Numbered from the whole stretch's first letter, positions 27,406-40,831 are shown. The stretch: DNA of 63,337 nt, filler included, from Octopus bimaculoides (GCF_001194135.2; 5 parts of 3 records of this genome joined end to end with filler, not necessarily neighbours in it), one strand, 5' to 3'. Notes: a model not told the origin generated them from the sequence alone. Translations and numbers: made by a program.

Positions 27406-27760
27406 CCTATTGTCATAGGTGCCCTGGGAATGACAGCGAAACGGGCTGATTACTACCTAGCTCAGATACCAGGAAACCCCAAAATGGCTGAAGTTCAAAA
27501 GATAGTGCTCATGGAAACTGCCCATATCCTACGTAAAATACTGTCTATGTGATCTCAAATTTTAAAGCAAACATAATTTTCTTATGGTTTCTTAAATATT
27601 CACTAGGACAAAACTGTACAAATCCAAATATATGGTACCCTAGGCATAACACCTACATGAACTTCTAACTTGTTGTCTCTTGAGGTCTCTGGGTGAGACT
27701 TGGATCCAACTTGTACAAATGCAAAACAAAAGTCAAACATAAAATAATAATAATAATAAT
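27406..27760 (+). mobile_element. R4/Dong-clade LINE 3' end (restriction-like endonuclease C-terminus, 3' UTR, (TAA)n tail)
   Basis: PIVIGALGM...VQKIVLMETAHILRKILSM* with the stop at 27550-27552. Confidence 0.8.
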
Positions 27761-29271
27761 TTCTTTATTAACTACTTAGGGTTTACAAAAAATACATCAT
27801 GGACAACACAGGAGAAATACAGTGTGGAGTTACATGAAAGTTGTGTAAACGATGAAAAACAGAAACATTTATTGAATATAAAAACAAAATTCCCCAAAAG
27901 AGGGAGACCTCCTAAAACTGCACGTGAAAATCCCACAAGTCCACAACAGTCCTGACAACCAGGGTAAATGCCCTTTCCATTTTGTCTACAGGCGCATGCT
28001 TCGAATCAGCCCTTGCACTCGACCCATTCTTGCGACATTCACCCATCTCTTAACAAAATTGCTGGTGGGGGGAGAACCTCCCTCTCTACCCTCACTTTCC
28101 TTTTCAAGTGAAAAGTTGATGAGGGCTTGGCCAAAGAGAAAGTATCTTTCAGCCTGGTTCACCACAACCTCTCGGCTAAGGCCATCAGGCAAAGCAAAAC
28201 AGCCTGCCCTTCCCGGCTAAAGGAAAGCAGCGGTACTATGCACACATTGGACTCATCCGATAGCTAGATTCGTCCCACACGCTACAGCTGGTGTTCGAAA
28301 TAATCCCACAAGTCAGAAATAATCGGGCATTGGTCGGGAGTGTGCAGAAGGGTTTCGTCGCTCTGCGCGCATCTTGGGCAAGCCCTGCTGACTGCACTTC
28401 CTTGCCTGTAGAGTTTATTTCGAACAGGTAGTGCTCCCCGGTAGCACTGCCAGGCCAGGGATTTCTGGAAATTATCCAAAGGCCCCGAACCGAAATTTCT
28501 CTGCAACAGACCAGCCAGCACGTTGTTGTCGACGCCCAGAGTCACCCCGAGAACGTTGTTGCACTTACACACCGCTAACCCTCTATAGAACGCTATAGTG
28601 GAATTTCTGCTGATCACATTGCTCGACTGACAGAGGAATATGGGCGCCTGGCGATACTCTAGGAGCCAGGCGCTCTTCCTCGGTGTACGTTTGATCCAGG
28701 ACGGTAGTTCATTCAAAGAGAGAAGCAGTGGGAAATCGCATCTGACAAACAGCGACCAAGCCTGCACACCATCTAGGAAGCGCTGGAGATGTCACAGTCT
28801 CTGCGCATGTCTGCGCATCAATAGCCACGGCATACCCAGCCCTCTATTTAGCGCGTGTGGATCGCCTCCCTTCCACAGAAACCGGAATAGTAGGGATTCC
28901 AGTTTGGTCAGACTCGAACCGAGACGGTGAGGCGGTAGTAAATGATATATGCGATGTACGCATTCGCTGCACCCGCCCGATCTTTCAGGTATAGCTTTCT
29001 CTCAGCCCATTTCTGGGTTAGATTAGACACCCTGTTCGCCACCTCGATCCAGTTCTTCTCCATCTGGAGATCTGAACCGAACCAGATCCCGAGCAATTTA
29101 GCAGGTCCTTACGTCCAGTAACCCACGATGCTGTTGGAAGGCATGGACCTGTCTTTCAAAGTGCCGAGTTGCAAACCCACTGACTTCCCCTTGTTAATTG
29201 TTGCTCCTGTCACCGGCACGTATTCTTTTACAACGATACCGACCAGGGTGTTCGACACGATGACGGTATGG
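27761..29271 (-). mobile_element. Tx1/L1-clade LINE, 5'-truncated and frameshifted (RT thumb and zf-RVT zinc finger)
   Basis: LGIWFGSDLQMEKNW..KWAERKLYLKDRA and AWQCYRGALPVRNKL..CPRCAQSDETLLH..QCP. Confidence 0.8.
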
Positions 29272-29741
29272 TAATAATAATAATAATAATAATATTATGT
29301 TACCAACAGACACGATTAATTAGCCCAAAGTATTACGAGAAACCGGTGTTTCGACATGTTGTGACTCGCCAGCCAGAAGTACTTGGGCCATTGAATCTAA
29401 CAAGAGCTGGTGGTGTTGTTTTTCTTTTCAGTGAACAAACTATTAACTGATTCGTACTGATATCAGCCAACCAATAATAAATCGTCATATGCACTATAAA
29501 CAGCGTGATGCGAAACAAAGATTTGAGTATTTGTTCTTGAAACGTTCCGACCAAATTTATCAACAATGACTAAACTTAAGTTTTCTATCTGGTTTTCAAG
29601 ATTCTTTATGTGAATTCGCGTGTTGAAGCAAATTATATTGTGGCAATTTATATTGTCTTAATGCCTTATCATTTAACGCACTCACAGATTCGATTACCAT
29701 TCATTTATTATTTAAACTTACATAATTCTATTTTATCATTC

Positions 29742-29772
<31 letters not shown>

Positions 29773-30399
29773 CTACATTCGATCATCCTTCTGCATTTCG
29801 TTTACTAATAGACACAACCGCTTCGTCTAGATATCATATAAAATCTAGTCCAATTAATTACTCAATCTAATATGGACATCTCTTACACTCGCTGTAATTG
29901 AAATCATTATTTCAAGATTTTCAGCTTCCGAAGCTTAACATCGCACAGAAAAAATAGCTTGGCATTTTATTAAAACTTCATTATAAAATAATCATTAATT
30001 TATAAATNNNNNNNNNNNNNNNNNNNNNNNNNNNNNNNNNNNNNNNNNNNNNNNNNNNNNNNNNNNNNNNNNNNNNNNNNNNNNNNNNNNNNNNNNNNNN
30101 NNNNNNNNNNNNNNNNNNNNNNNNNNNNNNNNNNNNNNNNNNNNNNNNNNNNNNNNNNNNNNNNNNNNNNNNNNNNNNNNNNNNNNNNNNNNNNNNNNNN
30201 NNNNNNNNNNNNNNNNNNNNNNNNNNNNNNNNNNNNNNNNNNNNNNNNNNNNNNNNNNNNNNNNNNNNNNNNNNNNNNNNNNNNNNNNNNNNNNNNNNNN
30301 NNNNNNNNNNNNNNNNNNNNNNNNNNNNNNNNNNNNNNNNNNNNNNNNNNNNNNNNNNNNAGTTCGTCGTCGGAGTTTTATCGTGAGTTCGAAAATTTA

Positions 30400-30995
30400 T
30401 TTGGCTTCTTGGCCGCTTCTTCTTCTCTGTCTGTGTTTATGCTTCTGATGACTAAGGAGGCCGATTCTTGCACGGAAGCGTCTATTACAAAGTTCACAAG
30501 GGATCCATGGTGGAGGCTTTGGTTGTTGCAGCCTCTATTTTCTTTTTTTGTCGTTTCTCTTCTTCTTTCCTCTGTCGTTCAGCTTCAAAATGATCTGTCA
30601 CAGTGGAGATGAAATGATGCCAGCCGGGCCTGTCCTGAGCTTCAATGTCCCAGGTTTTGGGTTTTCTTACAGTTAGTTTTAGGTTTTGTTTCAGCTGGTC
30701 CTTGTATCGACGAAGGGGTCAGTCACGGAATCTTCTTCCGGTGTAAAGTTCACCATATATAATTTGACGAGGCAACCTGGTCTCTTTCTTTCTTGCTACG
30801 TGGCCTGCTCATCTCAGATGATGTTTCAGGATGGTGGCCTCGATGCTGCTGCTTTTCGTTCTTTCTTGGACGGAGACATCGGTCATATAGTTATTCCATT
30901 TGATAATCATAATAGAGTGGTGTTTCTGTTGGTGAAATCGCTCCAGTTTTTTTTAACTCACTTCGGTAAAGTGTCCAAGTTTTACAACCATTAAG
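30400..30995 (-). mobile_element. RTE-clade LINE ORF C-terminal fragment
   Basis: Minus-strand translation HLRWAGHVARKKETRLPRQIIYGELY..RRYKDQLK and CELCNRRFRARIGLLSHQKH. Confidence 0.8.
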
Positions 30996-31384
30996 GAGAG
31001 TGGAGACTCCGACTGCTTGGCAGACATTTAATTTTGTTTGTTATTTCAGATCTTTGTTCTTAACAGGTGAATATGTATATTTATTTAACCATGTGACTTC
31101 CATAGGATTACGGCCGTTTTGCAACCTTCGTCATGTGATATTAATTTCAGTAGGGAAAAAATTATGCATACATGTTTTACATTAATGTGTACGTTCAGCT
31201 TAATACAATAAAATTGTATATCCATAAATTAATTCAAATGAAAAAAGTTAGTTCATGAGATTAATGCTACATCATGGTTACACCAACAATTTATCACTAA
31301 ATATACACAAAAAATTTCTTCTGAGGCTTACTTCCCAACCACATGATTTTGTGTGTGTGTGTGTGTGTGCGTGTGTGTGTGAGT

Positions 31385-31429
<45 letters not shown>

Positions 31430-31439
31430 AGTATGTATG

Positions 31440-31635
31440 TGACCCTCACTGCTTGAAAACCGGTGCTGGCGTGACTTCGTCACGTAACTTAGCGGTTAGG
31501 CAAAAGGAACTGATGAAAAAAGTACTAGGCTAAAGATGTAAGTCCTTGAGTCGATTTGTTCGACTTAAAGCCCTTCAAGATGGTGCTCCAGCATGGTTGC
31601 AGTCAAATGACTGAAATAAGTAAAAGAGTAAAAGA
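31440..31635 (+). mobile_element. 3' half of SINE family A
   Basis: cactgcttgaaaaccggtgctgg...gtgctccagcatggttgcagtcaaatgactgaaataagtaaaagagtaaaag. Confidence 0.75.
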
Positions 31636-32030
31636 ATAGAGAGTATACACAGTGTAAGGAAGCCGAAAGTGGGCAATATTAAATTGCTTTGTCCAGTAAA
31701 AGTAGATGTATTGTGTTGCTTCCAATCATATAACTAAATCACTAGACAGAAATTTAGGAACTGGCCATCTTTAATATAAACAAATAATAAGGAAAGTAAA
31801 AACAGTAATAGTAAAAAATAAATAATATAAGAAGGTACATAAAAATATAAGCAAATTGCTGAATTTAACCCGAACACCCTCCACACACTCATATATATGT
31901 ATGTATATATATATATATGAACAAAATCGAATACATACACAAGGAATGTATATTGTTAGTCAATTGAAAGTTTTAGGCGTAAGAGAATATATTCTTCATG
32001 CACCTTGTGTAAAAATAAAATGTGAAATTA

Positions 32031-32251
32031 AGTCACAATCAAGTAAGACAACTCACATCAGGTCCTTTCTCGGTGCGACAGACATCGATGGTCCGTCATT
32101 GTTTTGACTTATCAATATCGCATACTGAACAAGGCCCTCTGCAAGCTATATCACCGATTATGACTATGCTAAAAGTTTAAACCATTTAGCATACAGTCAT
32201 AGTCGGCTCCGAGAAAGGACCTGACGTGAGTTGTCGCGCTTGACTGTAACT
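32031..32251. mobile_element. ~220-bp MITE with ~50-bp imperfect terminal inverted repeats and TA flanks
   Basis: agtcacaatcaagtaagacaactcacatcaggtcctttctcgg matches the reverse complement of ccgagaaaggacctgacgtgagttgtcgcgcttgactgtaact; TA on both sides. Confidence 0.7.
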
Positions 32252-32561
32252 TATATATATATATATATATATNNNNNNNNNNNNNNNNNNNNNNNNNNNN
32301 NNNNNNNNNNNNNNNNNNNNNNNNNNNNNNNNNNNNNNNNNNNNNNNNNNNNNNNNNNNNNNNNNNNNNNNNNNNNNNNNNNNNNNNNNNNNNNNNNNNN
32401 NNNNNNNNNNNNNNNNNNNNNNNNNNNNNNNNNNNNNNNNNNNNNNNNNNNNNNNNNNNNNNNNNNNNNNNNNNNNNNNNNNNNNNNNNNNNNNNNNNNN
32501 NNNNNAAAAAAACAAAAAAACAACAAAGTGAGGACGTGATATGGATAGTATTATATATATA

Positions 32562-33494
32562 CGAGGTCTGATTAACAAGTATAGGACTGTTGCCCCGAAG
32601 TAACGACGCTAAAGCACGCAGAGTAAAGACGCTAGGCAAAGATTGACCTTGAATTCTGCTACGCATGCGCACTGAGTTGTAACGTTCTAGCTTACCTCCG
32701 TTGTTTACAGCAGTTGCATACAGCTGTAGTGGAGTGAGACATTATCCACCTGTGGCTATAGATATATAAATATATATATATAGGGTCTGATCAATAAGCA
32801 TTGACGATGACACAGAAAGTTTTCATGGCGATACCTGCTCAGAGGCCTACGCAAAGATGCAGAACGTGTACATAGAGGAGTGTATGAGCTGCACACAAGC
32901 GTACGAGTGATTCAGATGTTTCCAAGATGGCCGAAAAAATACTGACAAACGTTCAGGGAGACCTTCAACCTGCAGAACTGGGGAACACATTGCAGATGTG
33001 CGTACAGCTGCGAGGGAAAATAACTGAATCACCATCCGTGAGTTATCAGAGGATATGCAGATTTATTACGGTTTAGTTCAGTCCATTATCACTAAAGATT
33101 TGGGTATGAGACGCATGTCTGCTAAGTCTGCGTCAAAACTACTTTCAGCTGACCAAAAAGGCACTCGGGTTTCAGTTCCACAAGATTTCCTTGATTGTGT
33201 CGAAAATGATGAAAACCTTTTGAAAACTTTGCTTAGGCCTCTGATCAGGTATCGCCAACTTTTGACAAAATTTGATGCAGCTTCTCTGTTCAACTTTCTC
33301 TGTCATGGTCAATGCGACGATCACACGCTGCACACCTTCCAAGTAGTGCTGTAAACAGCAGAAGTGAGCTGCAACATTAAAACTTAGTGCGCATACACAA
33401 CAAAGTTCAAGGTCAATCTGTGCCAAGCGACTTTACTCTGTGTGCTTTAACCTCGTTATTATACCAACAGTCCGGAAACTTATTGATCAGACTA
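32562..33494. mobile_element. rearranged mariner transposon relics (two 5' ends and an N-terminal transposase fragment)
   Basis: TIR-like ggtctgat(t/c)aa at 32562, 32783 and inverted at 33476-33494. Minus strand MTEKVEQRSCIKFCQKL; plus strand KRSGRPST..ITIRELSED..IITKDLGMRRMSAK. Confidence 0.8.
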
Positions 33495-33521
33495 CAAACA
33501 CACACACACACACACACACAC

Positions 33522-33565
<44 letters not shown>

Positions 33566-34029
33566 CCACAGGTGGATAATGTCTCACTCCACTACAGCTG
33601 TATGCAACGAGTTTTTAACGGGTTAATGGAAAAATTACATGAGGTGAATACACGAATCACTACATTCAAAAACATTCAAAAGCCAACAGTTTGTACCACT
33701 TCATGATTCTATGACCAGTACTGGTCATAAGAATATGACAGGCACTGGTGATTTTTTTTTCTTTTTCTAATGTAGTAATTCATGTATTCATGTGATGAAA
33801 ACGCTTTTTTTCTAATGTAATTTCTACATTAATCAGTTAAAAACTCCTTGGAAATGGCCGTTGTGGATAGACACTTTGTCTGTTGTTACTTATCTATTAA
33901 TTATTCATCTTATTCATAACCTGCTTCTTGAGTGGATCCGTAGTATATTACGGACCGTACATTTAGTACAATGTGCGTTTCTTAGATTAGCCTTCGAGTT
34001 AATGTACTCAATTGAGTACAGTTAACGTA

Positions 34030-34672
34030 TATAAAACCTGAATATTTTCCCGCTTAATCCATACATCAGTGTTTTGTTTTTCTACGTCTGGTTTGTTCAC
34101 TCTACATGGGTTTTGGCCATGCATTGGTTTTGGCCATTCTTCTTTGCTCTTTTTCTGGGCTTGTTTCTTAAACTGCACCGATTCTTTGTATACCGAGTAT
34201 ATATTCTTTACTTTATCATGCTGGTGCACAAGCTTCATTAGAGGATATTTTGACAACTCAAGATATCTATTTAATCCTACAGAGGTGGTAATATAATTCT
34301 AATTGAGTTAGTCCTCTTCCTCCCATGCTTCTCGGTAAATAAATCCTGTTCACGTCCGCGTTTGGGTGGTTCATTTGAGCCATGGTTAATAGTTTTCTGG
34401 TCTTGGAGTCTAGCTTCTTTATTTCGCTCATTTGCCAGTTGATAATGTTGAAAATGTAAGCTACGATTGGTACTGTAAGAGTGTTAATGGCTTCTGTTTT
34501 GTTGCAGCGTTGACTTCAGTCTTAGTTACTAACCATACTCTCCTGTAGTATTCTTTTCTAATCTTCTCTTTCATTGCTAAAGGTTTTATGCCGTTACTTT
34601 CGTCTATGCCAAGGTAATTATATGCTTCTTCCTGGTCCAGTGCTCGGATTCTTGCTTCTGTATTTACGTATC

Positions 34673-34673
<1 letters not shown>
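34030..34673 (-). mobile_element. R4/Dong-clade LINE internal fragment adjoining (TTA)n
   Basis: YNYLGIDESNG..MKEKIRKEYYRRV..KTEVNA and MKLVHQHD..KPMHGQ. Confidence 0.75.
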
Positions 34674-34734
<61 letters not shown>

Positions 34735-35244
34735 ATATTATTATTATCATCATTATTATTATTATCATCATCATCATCGTTATTATTATTGTTATCAGCA
34801 GCAAATCTAAATAATTGATATAATAACAACAACAATAACCTTAATGGCAGCAAAAGACATTAGCATTAAACAGCTCTACAATTAATTCTTAATTATATTA
34901 GAAGGTACACAAAGCACCAGCTTGCTGGAAAGTGAAAGTAAAAGCCCCCAACTTGAACCACTAGTCTCACTGAAAATATGTAACAGATCAATAGAAATTG
35001 GGCAAACAAGTGGAATGGTACGTTGTACTCTGAATAATGTAACAGATATACCTGGATCATGATTTGGAAATTTTGGCAAGAACCTCAGTTCTCTTCAGCA
35101 GGTTTTGCTGTACCTAAAATGAAAAATTTATCTCCTTTCGTTGTAATCGTTACGTTTTCAATAGTCCCGCGCCAAATTCAAAACAATTCCAGTGCATAGT
35201 ATGTGCATGTATAGGAATGAGTAAACATTCAAAATGAATACTCG

Positions 35245-35864
35245 TAAAGATATTAATTATTATTATTATTCAGTAGTTTTATTTTTATAACGTGCTTTCA
35301 CTTCACTAGCGAGCGCAGCTCTGTGTGCCTTAGGTATGTGCTGTGGTTTGTTGTGATGCTCTTATGGTTACTGTATTGAAAGTGTTTTGCATAGGATGTG
35401 TGCAGTGCCCAGTAGTGCAATTTTCTGTATGTTATATATATTTGTAAGTCCTNNNNNNNNNNATAGGATGTGTGCAGTGCCCAGTAGTGCAATTTTCTGT
35501 ATGTGATATATATTTGTAAGTCCTGGTGTTTTTGTTATGTATTTCTCTGAATATTTTTTTTATTATACCTAAGGCACCTACTATGATAGAAATTGTTTCT
35601 GTTTTTAGATTCCACATTCGAGTTATCTCTATTTCCAGGTCTTTGTATTTTGAAAGTTTCTCCTTTTCTTTTAGGAAAACGTTGTCATGTGCTGGTATTG
35701 ATACATCAATTAGAAAGCATTTTTTTCCTTCATGATCTTTGACAACTACATCTGGTTTATTGGCTTTAATTTCTCTATCCCAGAGTATGGTTGCTTTCTC
35801 GTTTTCTGTGACCTTTTCTGGCGTGTGTTTATACCATCTTTTTTCTGTTGTTATTCCATAGTGT
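35245..35864 (-). mobile_element. R4/Dong-clade LINE 3' end with restriction-like endonuclease
   Basis: ENEKATILWD..ANKPDVVVKD..LIDVSIP..KEKLSKYKDLEIEITRMWNLKTETISIIVGALG..QKIALLGTAHI. Confidence 0.85.
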
Positions 35865-35964
35865 NNNNNNNNNNNNNNNNNNNNNNNNNNNNNNNNNNNN
35901 NNNNNNNNTTAATTAATTAANNNNNNNNNNNNNNNNNNNNNNNNNNNNNNNNNNNNNNNNNNNN

Positions 35965-38721
35965 TTTACTGTTACTGTGTCTTGTAATGGCATTTCCAAT
36001 GTCTGCACTGTAATTTCTTTCTCCACCTCTTCTTCACCTGTTGTATATGTCTGTTCAGTCTTTATCACCATTGGTACCTGATCTTCAGATGTGACTTTCT
36101 TAGAGTCAATTGATACAACCATTTCCACAGGAATATCACTAATTTTCTCTGGAGAAATCTCAGTCTTCCGTTCCTCAGTGCTTGTAGTTATAATTGAAGT
36201 AACTTTAGCAGTTTCAACTTTCTCTGGTATTACTGACTCAGATATATCTGTAGGTTGAATTTCAGAAACAGGTTTCACTTCTTCTTCTGGTTGTTTCTCC
36301 TTCATTACAGTTGTTGAAATTGTTGTAATATCAGTAATTTGTGGTTTCTTCTCTTTAATTTCCATTTCTTTAGCTTCAATCTGAATTGTACTTTCCGGCA
36401 CAATATCAAATGTAGAAATTTCTGGAATAACTTCAGTTTCTTCTTTGCTAATGATAATTTCTCTCTTATCGGTAGTGATTGGTTCTTTTTGTATAGAAAT
36501 TATCTCAGGTAGTTGAGGTACCACTTGAATTTCAATTTCACTGACTGGTTTCTCAGGTTTACCAATATCAATGGATATAACTTCTGTTTTCTCAACAGGT
36601 TTAGCACCAATGTCAAGTTGGATAGACATTTCTTCTTTAGTTTCTGGTTTAATATCAACCTCTGTCTTTTCAATTTCAGTGACAACTTTCTCTGGTTTAC
36701 CAATTTCAATGGTTGTAACTTCTGTTTTCTCAACAGGATTAGCACCAATGTCAAGTTGGATAGACATTTCCTCTTTAGTTTCTGGTTTAATATCAACCTC
36801 TGTCTTTTCGATTTTAGTGACAACTTTCTCTGGTTTACCAATTTCAATGGTTGTAACNNNNNNNNNNNNNNNNNNNNNNNNNNNNNNNNNNNNNNNNNNN
36901 NNNNNNNNNNNNNNNNNNNNNNNNNNNNNNNNNNNNNNNNNNNNNNNNNNNNNNNNNNNNNNNNNNNNNNNNNNNNNNNNNNNNNNNNNNNNNNNNNNNN
37001 NNNNNNNNNNNNNNNNNNNNNNNNNNNNNNNNNNNNNNNNNNNNNNNNNNNNNNNNNNNNNNNNNNNNNNNNNNNNNNNNNNNNNNNNNNNNNNNNNNNN
37101 NNNNNNNNNNNNNNNNNNNNNNNNNNNNNNNNNNNNNNNNNNNNNNNNNNNNNNNNNNNNNNNNNNNNNNNNNNNNNNNNNNNNNNNNNNNNNNNNNNNN
37201 NNNNNNNNNNNNNNNNNNNNNNNNNNNNNNNNNNNNNNNNNNNNNNNNNNNNNNNNNNNNNNNNNNNNNNNNNNNNNNNNNNNNNNNNNNNNNNNNNNNN
37301 NNNNNNNNNNNNNNNNNNNNNNNNNNNNNNNNNNNNNNNNNNNNNNNNNNNNNNNNNNNNNNNNNNNNNNNNNNNNNNNNNNNNNNNNNNNNNNNNNNNN
37401 NNNNNNNNNNNNNNNNNNNNNNNNNNNNNNNNNNNNNNNNNNNNNNNNNNNNNATCAAAGAATTCTTCTTCAGAAAGTTCTTCTTCAGCTGTACTCACAA
37501 CACTCACTGATGGAGCACTTATAATGGTCATTTCAGAGATACCTTTCACTTCTTTAGTCACAGGAATGATTTCACTTTCCTTGCTGATTTCAACAACCTT
37601 ATCGGTTACATCTTCAACAGGAGCTTCTTCAATAGCAGATGCTTTTGTAGAACTCACAGAAATTTGAATACCAGTTTCTTCCACTGGTTTTACTGTTACT
37701 GTGTCTTGTAATGGCATTTCCAATGTCTGCACTGTAATTTCTTTCTCCACCTCTTCTTCACCTGTGGTATATGCCTGTTCAGTCTTTATTACCATTGGTA
37801 CCTGATCTTCAGATGTGACTTTCTTAGAGTCAATCGATACTACCATTTCCACAGGAATATCACTAATTTTCTCTGGAGAAATCTCAGTCTTCCGTTCCTC
37901 AGTGCTTGTAGTTATAATTGAGGTAACTTTAGCAGTTTCAACTTTCTCTGGTATAATCGTCTGAGACACATCTGTAAGTTGAATTTCAGAAACAGGTTTC
38001 ACTTCTTCTTCTGGCTGTTTTGCCTTCATTACAGCAGTTGAAATTGATGTAATATCAGTAATTTGTGGTTTCTTCTCTTTAATTTCCATCTCTTTAGCTT
38101 CAATCTGAATTGTACTTTCTGGCACAATATCGAATGTAGAAATTTCCGGAATAACTTCAGTTTCTTCTTTGCTAATGATAATTTCTCTGGTATCAATAGT
38201 GATTGGTTGTTTTTCTATAGAAATAAACTCGGGCACCTGAGGTGCCACTTGCATTTCAATTTCAGTGACTGGTTTCTCAGGTTTTCCAATGTCAATCGAT
38301 ATAACTTCTGTTTTCTCGACAGATTTAGCACCAATGTCAAGTTGGATAGAGACTTCCTCTTTAGTTTCTGGTTTAATATCAACCTCCGTCTTTTCTTTAA
38401 TTTCATCCTTCTTGTCTATTTTTTTATCAATAATTGTCTCAAATGACGTTGGTCCAGTTGTTATTTGTTCTCTGTGAGAAATATATACCTCATCAGATTT
38501 GGTTATTTCTTTTTCAATATCTTTTGCTTCATCAGTTTTAGCTTTTACTTCATCTGAAGTTATTTGTACATTTATATCCATTTTAATGCTTTCAGGTTTT
38601 TCTAAAGATGGTAAACTTTCTTTTATTTCTGCAACTTCCTGCAGTGCCATTTCTGGTATTTCTTTAGTCATTTCTTCTTCTTCGTCTGTCTTTGTTATTT
38701 CTCTAACAACTGGCATATCAC
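35965..38721 (-). CDS. giant repetitive exon C of an E/K/T/V/I-rich (titin-like low-complexity) protein; 3' end lost in the join
   Basis: Long open frames either side of a gap; acceptor ttgatttacattag|GT GAT ATG CCA (phase 1) at 38721; the same modules occur in exons A and B. Confidence 0.8.
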
Positions 38722-40140
38722 CTAATGTAAATCAAATAAGTTTTTAAAAAATACATTCTCATATAATAATCAGAGTTTTATCTGATGTTTATTTATCTTC
38801 CTGTGATTTAAAGAAATATGAAATTTTGTTTACATCTAAATGAGAGAAATAAAGAACAAATATTAATTTCATGTAATATAGAGAATATCACCTTGAAAGA
38901 GGAGTAATGTATGATGGTTAATAGTATCTAGACTTATTACAGGTTGAACTTGTGCTATACTTTGATGTAAATGAGGATCTTTTTTAATATAGGGCATATT
39001 TTTAGAATTTCATCTGAATGTTGTATGGATGAAACTTTATGTAATTTCATTGATCTTTGAATGACCATCTGGAATCACATTTAAAATATTTCTTGTATAC
39101 ATCAGTATAGGGTGTTAATAATAGCTGTTTCCAACATTTTTTATTCTTACTTGCTCAGAGATTTCTGCTGTCTTAATACTATGTATTTGTCTTTTTTTCT
39201 TAACTTCAGATTCTAAGCTGTATGTAACTTTGGTCTGATATGATATAAACTGTTGTTATTTAATAATTTTTTACAATCGTTGAATAGAATTCATGTAGAA
39301 AACGATGGATGAACATAAGACAAGAATTTTATTGTTGTGCATGTCTTTGCAAGTGATGCATAAATCAATTCATCAACTACAAATATTTTCTAAAGATATG
39401 GAAAACAATCTTTGAATAAATTTCCATCAAAAGAAAATTATTGGTTGTAGTTTTGTTGTTCTCCAAAATCAATCTTCTTGCCACATACTTTTTTTATCTT
39501 CTTTTCAACCTGATTTTCCATACATCAGTGTGTGTGTGTGTGTGTATTGTGTGAGTGTGTGCATGTGTGTGCATTGTGTATGTATACATGGGTCTGCACA
39601 TAAGCACCTATTCTTTTATACAGAATGCATATTATATTTTTCCCATGAATTCATGCAAGAATGCAATAAAAGCATTCAGGAATGATGGGTTTTTTTCTCA
39701 CTTGAACAAGTAAAGTGTAAAAACAATGCTCAGTTATCTAATTGGTATAATTACCAAAGGTTTCTTACTTGCATTATTTTTCTTAAAACATCTTTAAATA
39801 TATCTCAGTATGATTGATATAAAAGTTAATGTCCAAGGGTTAAAAATATAAAACTGTATGTTTTAAATTAGGTATTGATTTTAAATTAATTTTTATAGCC
39901 TTGTTTAAAAAACAGAAATATGTTCTCCAACTTTCAGAAATATTCTTCTTTAATTTCTTCTGACAAAATGTATGAAAACTGATCAATATATTTAATAAAT
40001 AAGTAACAAAAAAGATAACTGAATATCTGAAATTAAAATTGATTAGCAGGATAAAACAATTTGGAGGTAAAATTAAATTTCCTATCTGCCTATCATAAAA
40101 CATTTTAATTCTTGAAAATAGAAATTATAGGATTACATAC

Positions 40141-40390
40141 CTGGGGTGTAGAAAATTAAATCATAACTTTGGTAAATCATTCATAGTTTTTAAATTTAAT
40201 ACCTACTTCCTCTGTTGAATAACTGTAAACTTTTATGCTCTTCTCACATAAGGATATATATTACCATAAATTTTAACCATAACTGATATACAAGTTATGG
40301 TTCTGTAGTATTGTAAATGGTACATGTGGATTATAGAGATTGAATTTGGTATCTGGTAACAGAAATTCAATTCAAAAACAGGAAACTTAC
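40141..40390 (-). promoter_or_regulatory. candidate recursive splice site (tttatttcag|gtaag at 40391/40390) with a downstream 5' splice site (ccag|gtatgt at 40141/40140)
   Basis: Polypyrimidine tract plus AG directly followed by GTAAG; both junctions are conserved in the paralogous intron. Confidence 0.55.
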
Positions 40391-40831
40391 CTGAAATAAA
40401 CAAAAAGAGTTAAGTGAAAGAGACACATTATTAAAAGGAAACATATATATATTACATCTAACAAATTATTTAACAGTACAAGACATAAACTATAACAGTA
40501 AATTCATTTTAAATATCTTAAAAATATAAATTGCAACACAAAAAAGACAGATTATAAATATCTAAGAGAGGAGTAAATAACTGTTTAGTAAAAAAAAAAA
40601 ATATTTATAATGACACAAAATGTAACAGTGACAGTAAAAATTAATCATTAAATATTCTGCAATCAATTGTGACATGAAGAATTTACCAAAACATAAGTTG
40701 GCTGTTATATATATATATATATNNNNNNNNNNNNNNNNNNNNNNNNNNNNNNNNNNNNNNNNNNNNNNNNNNNNNNNNNNNNNNNNNNNNNNNNNNNNNN
40801 NNNNNNNNNNNNNNNNNNNNNNNNNNNNTAT

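Noticed and set aside
38900-39400. Possible decayed exon in the intron (QTKVTYSLESEVKK...)
   Set aside because: There are stops in every frame and no similarity to the exon modules.
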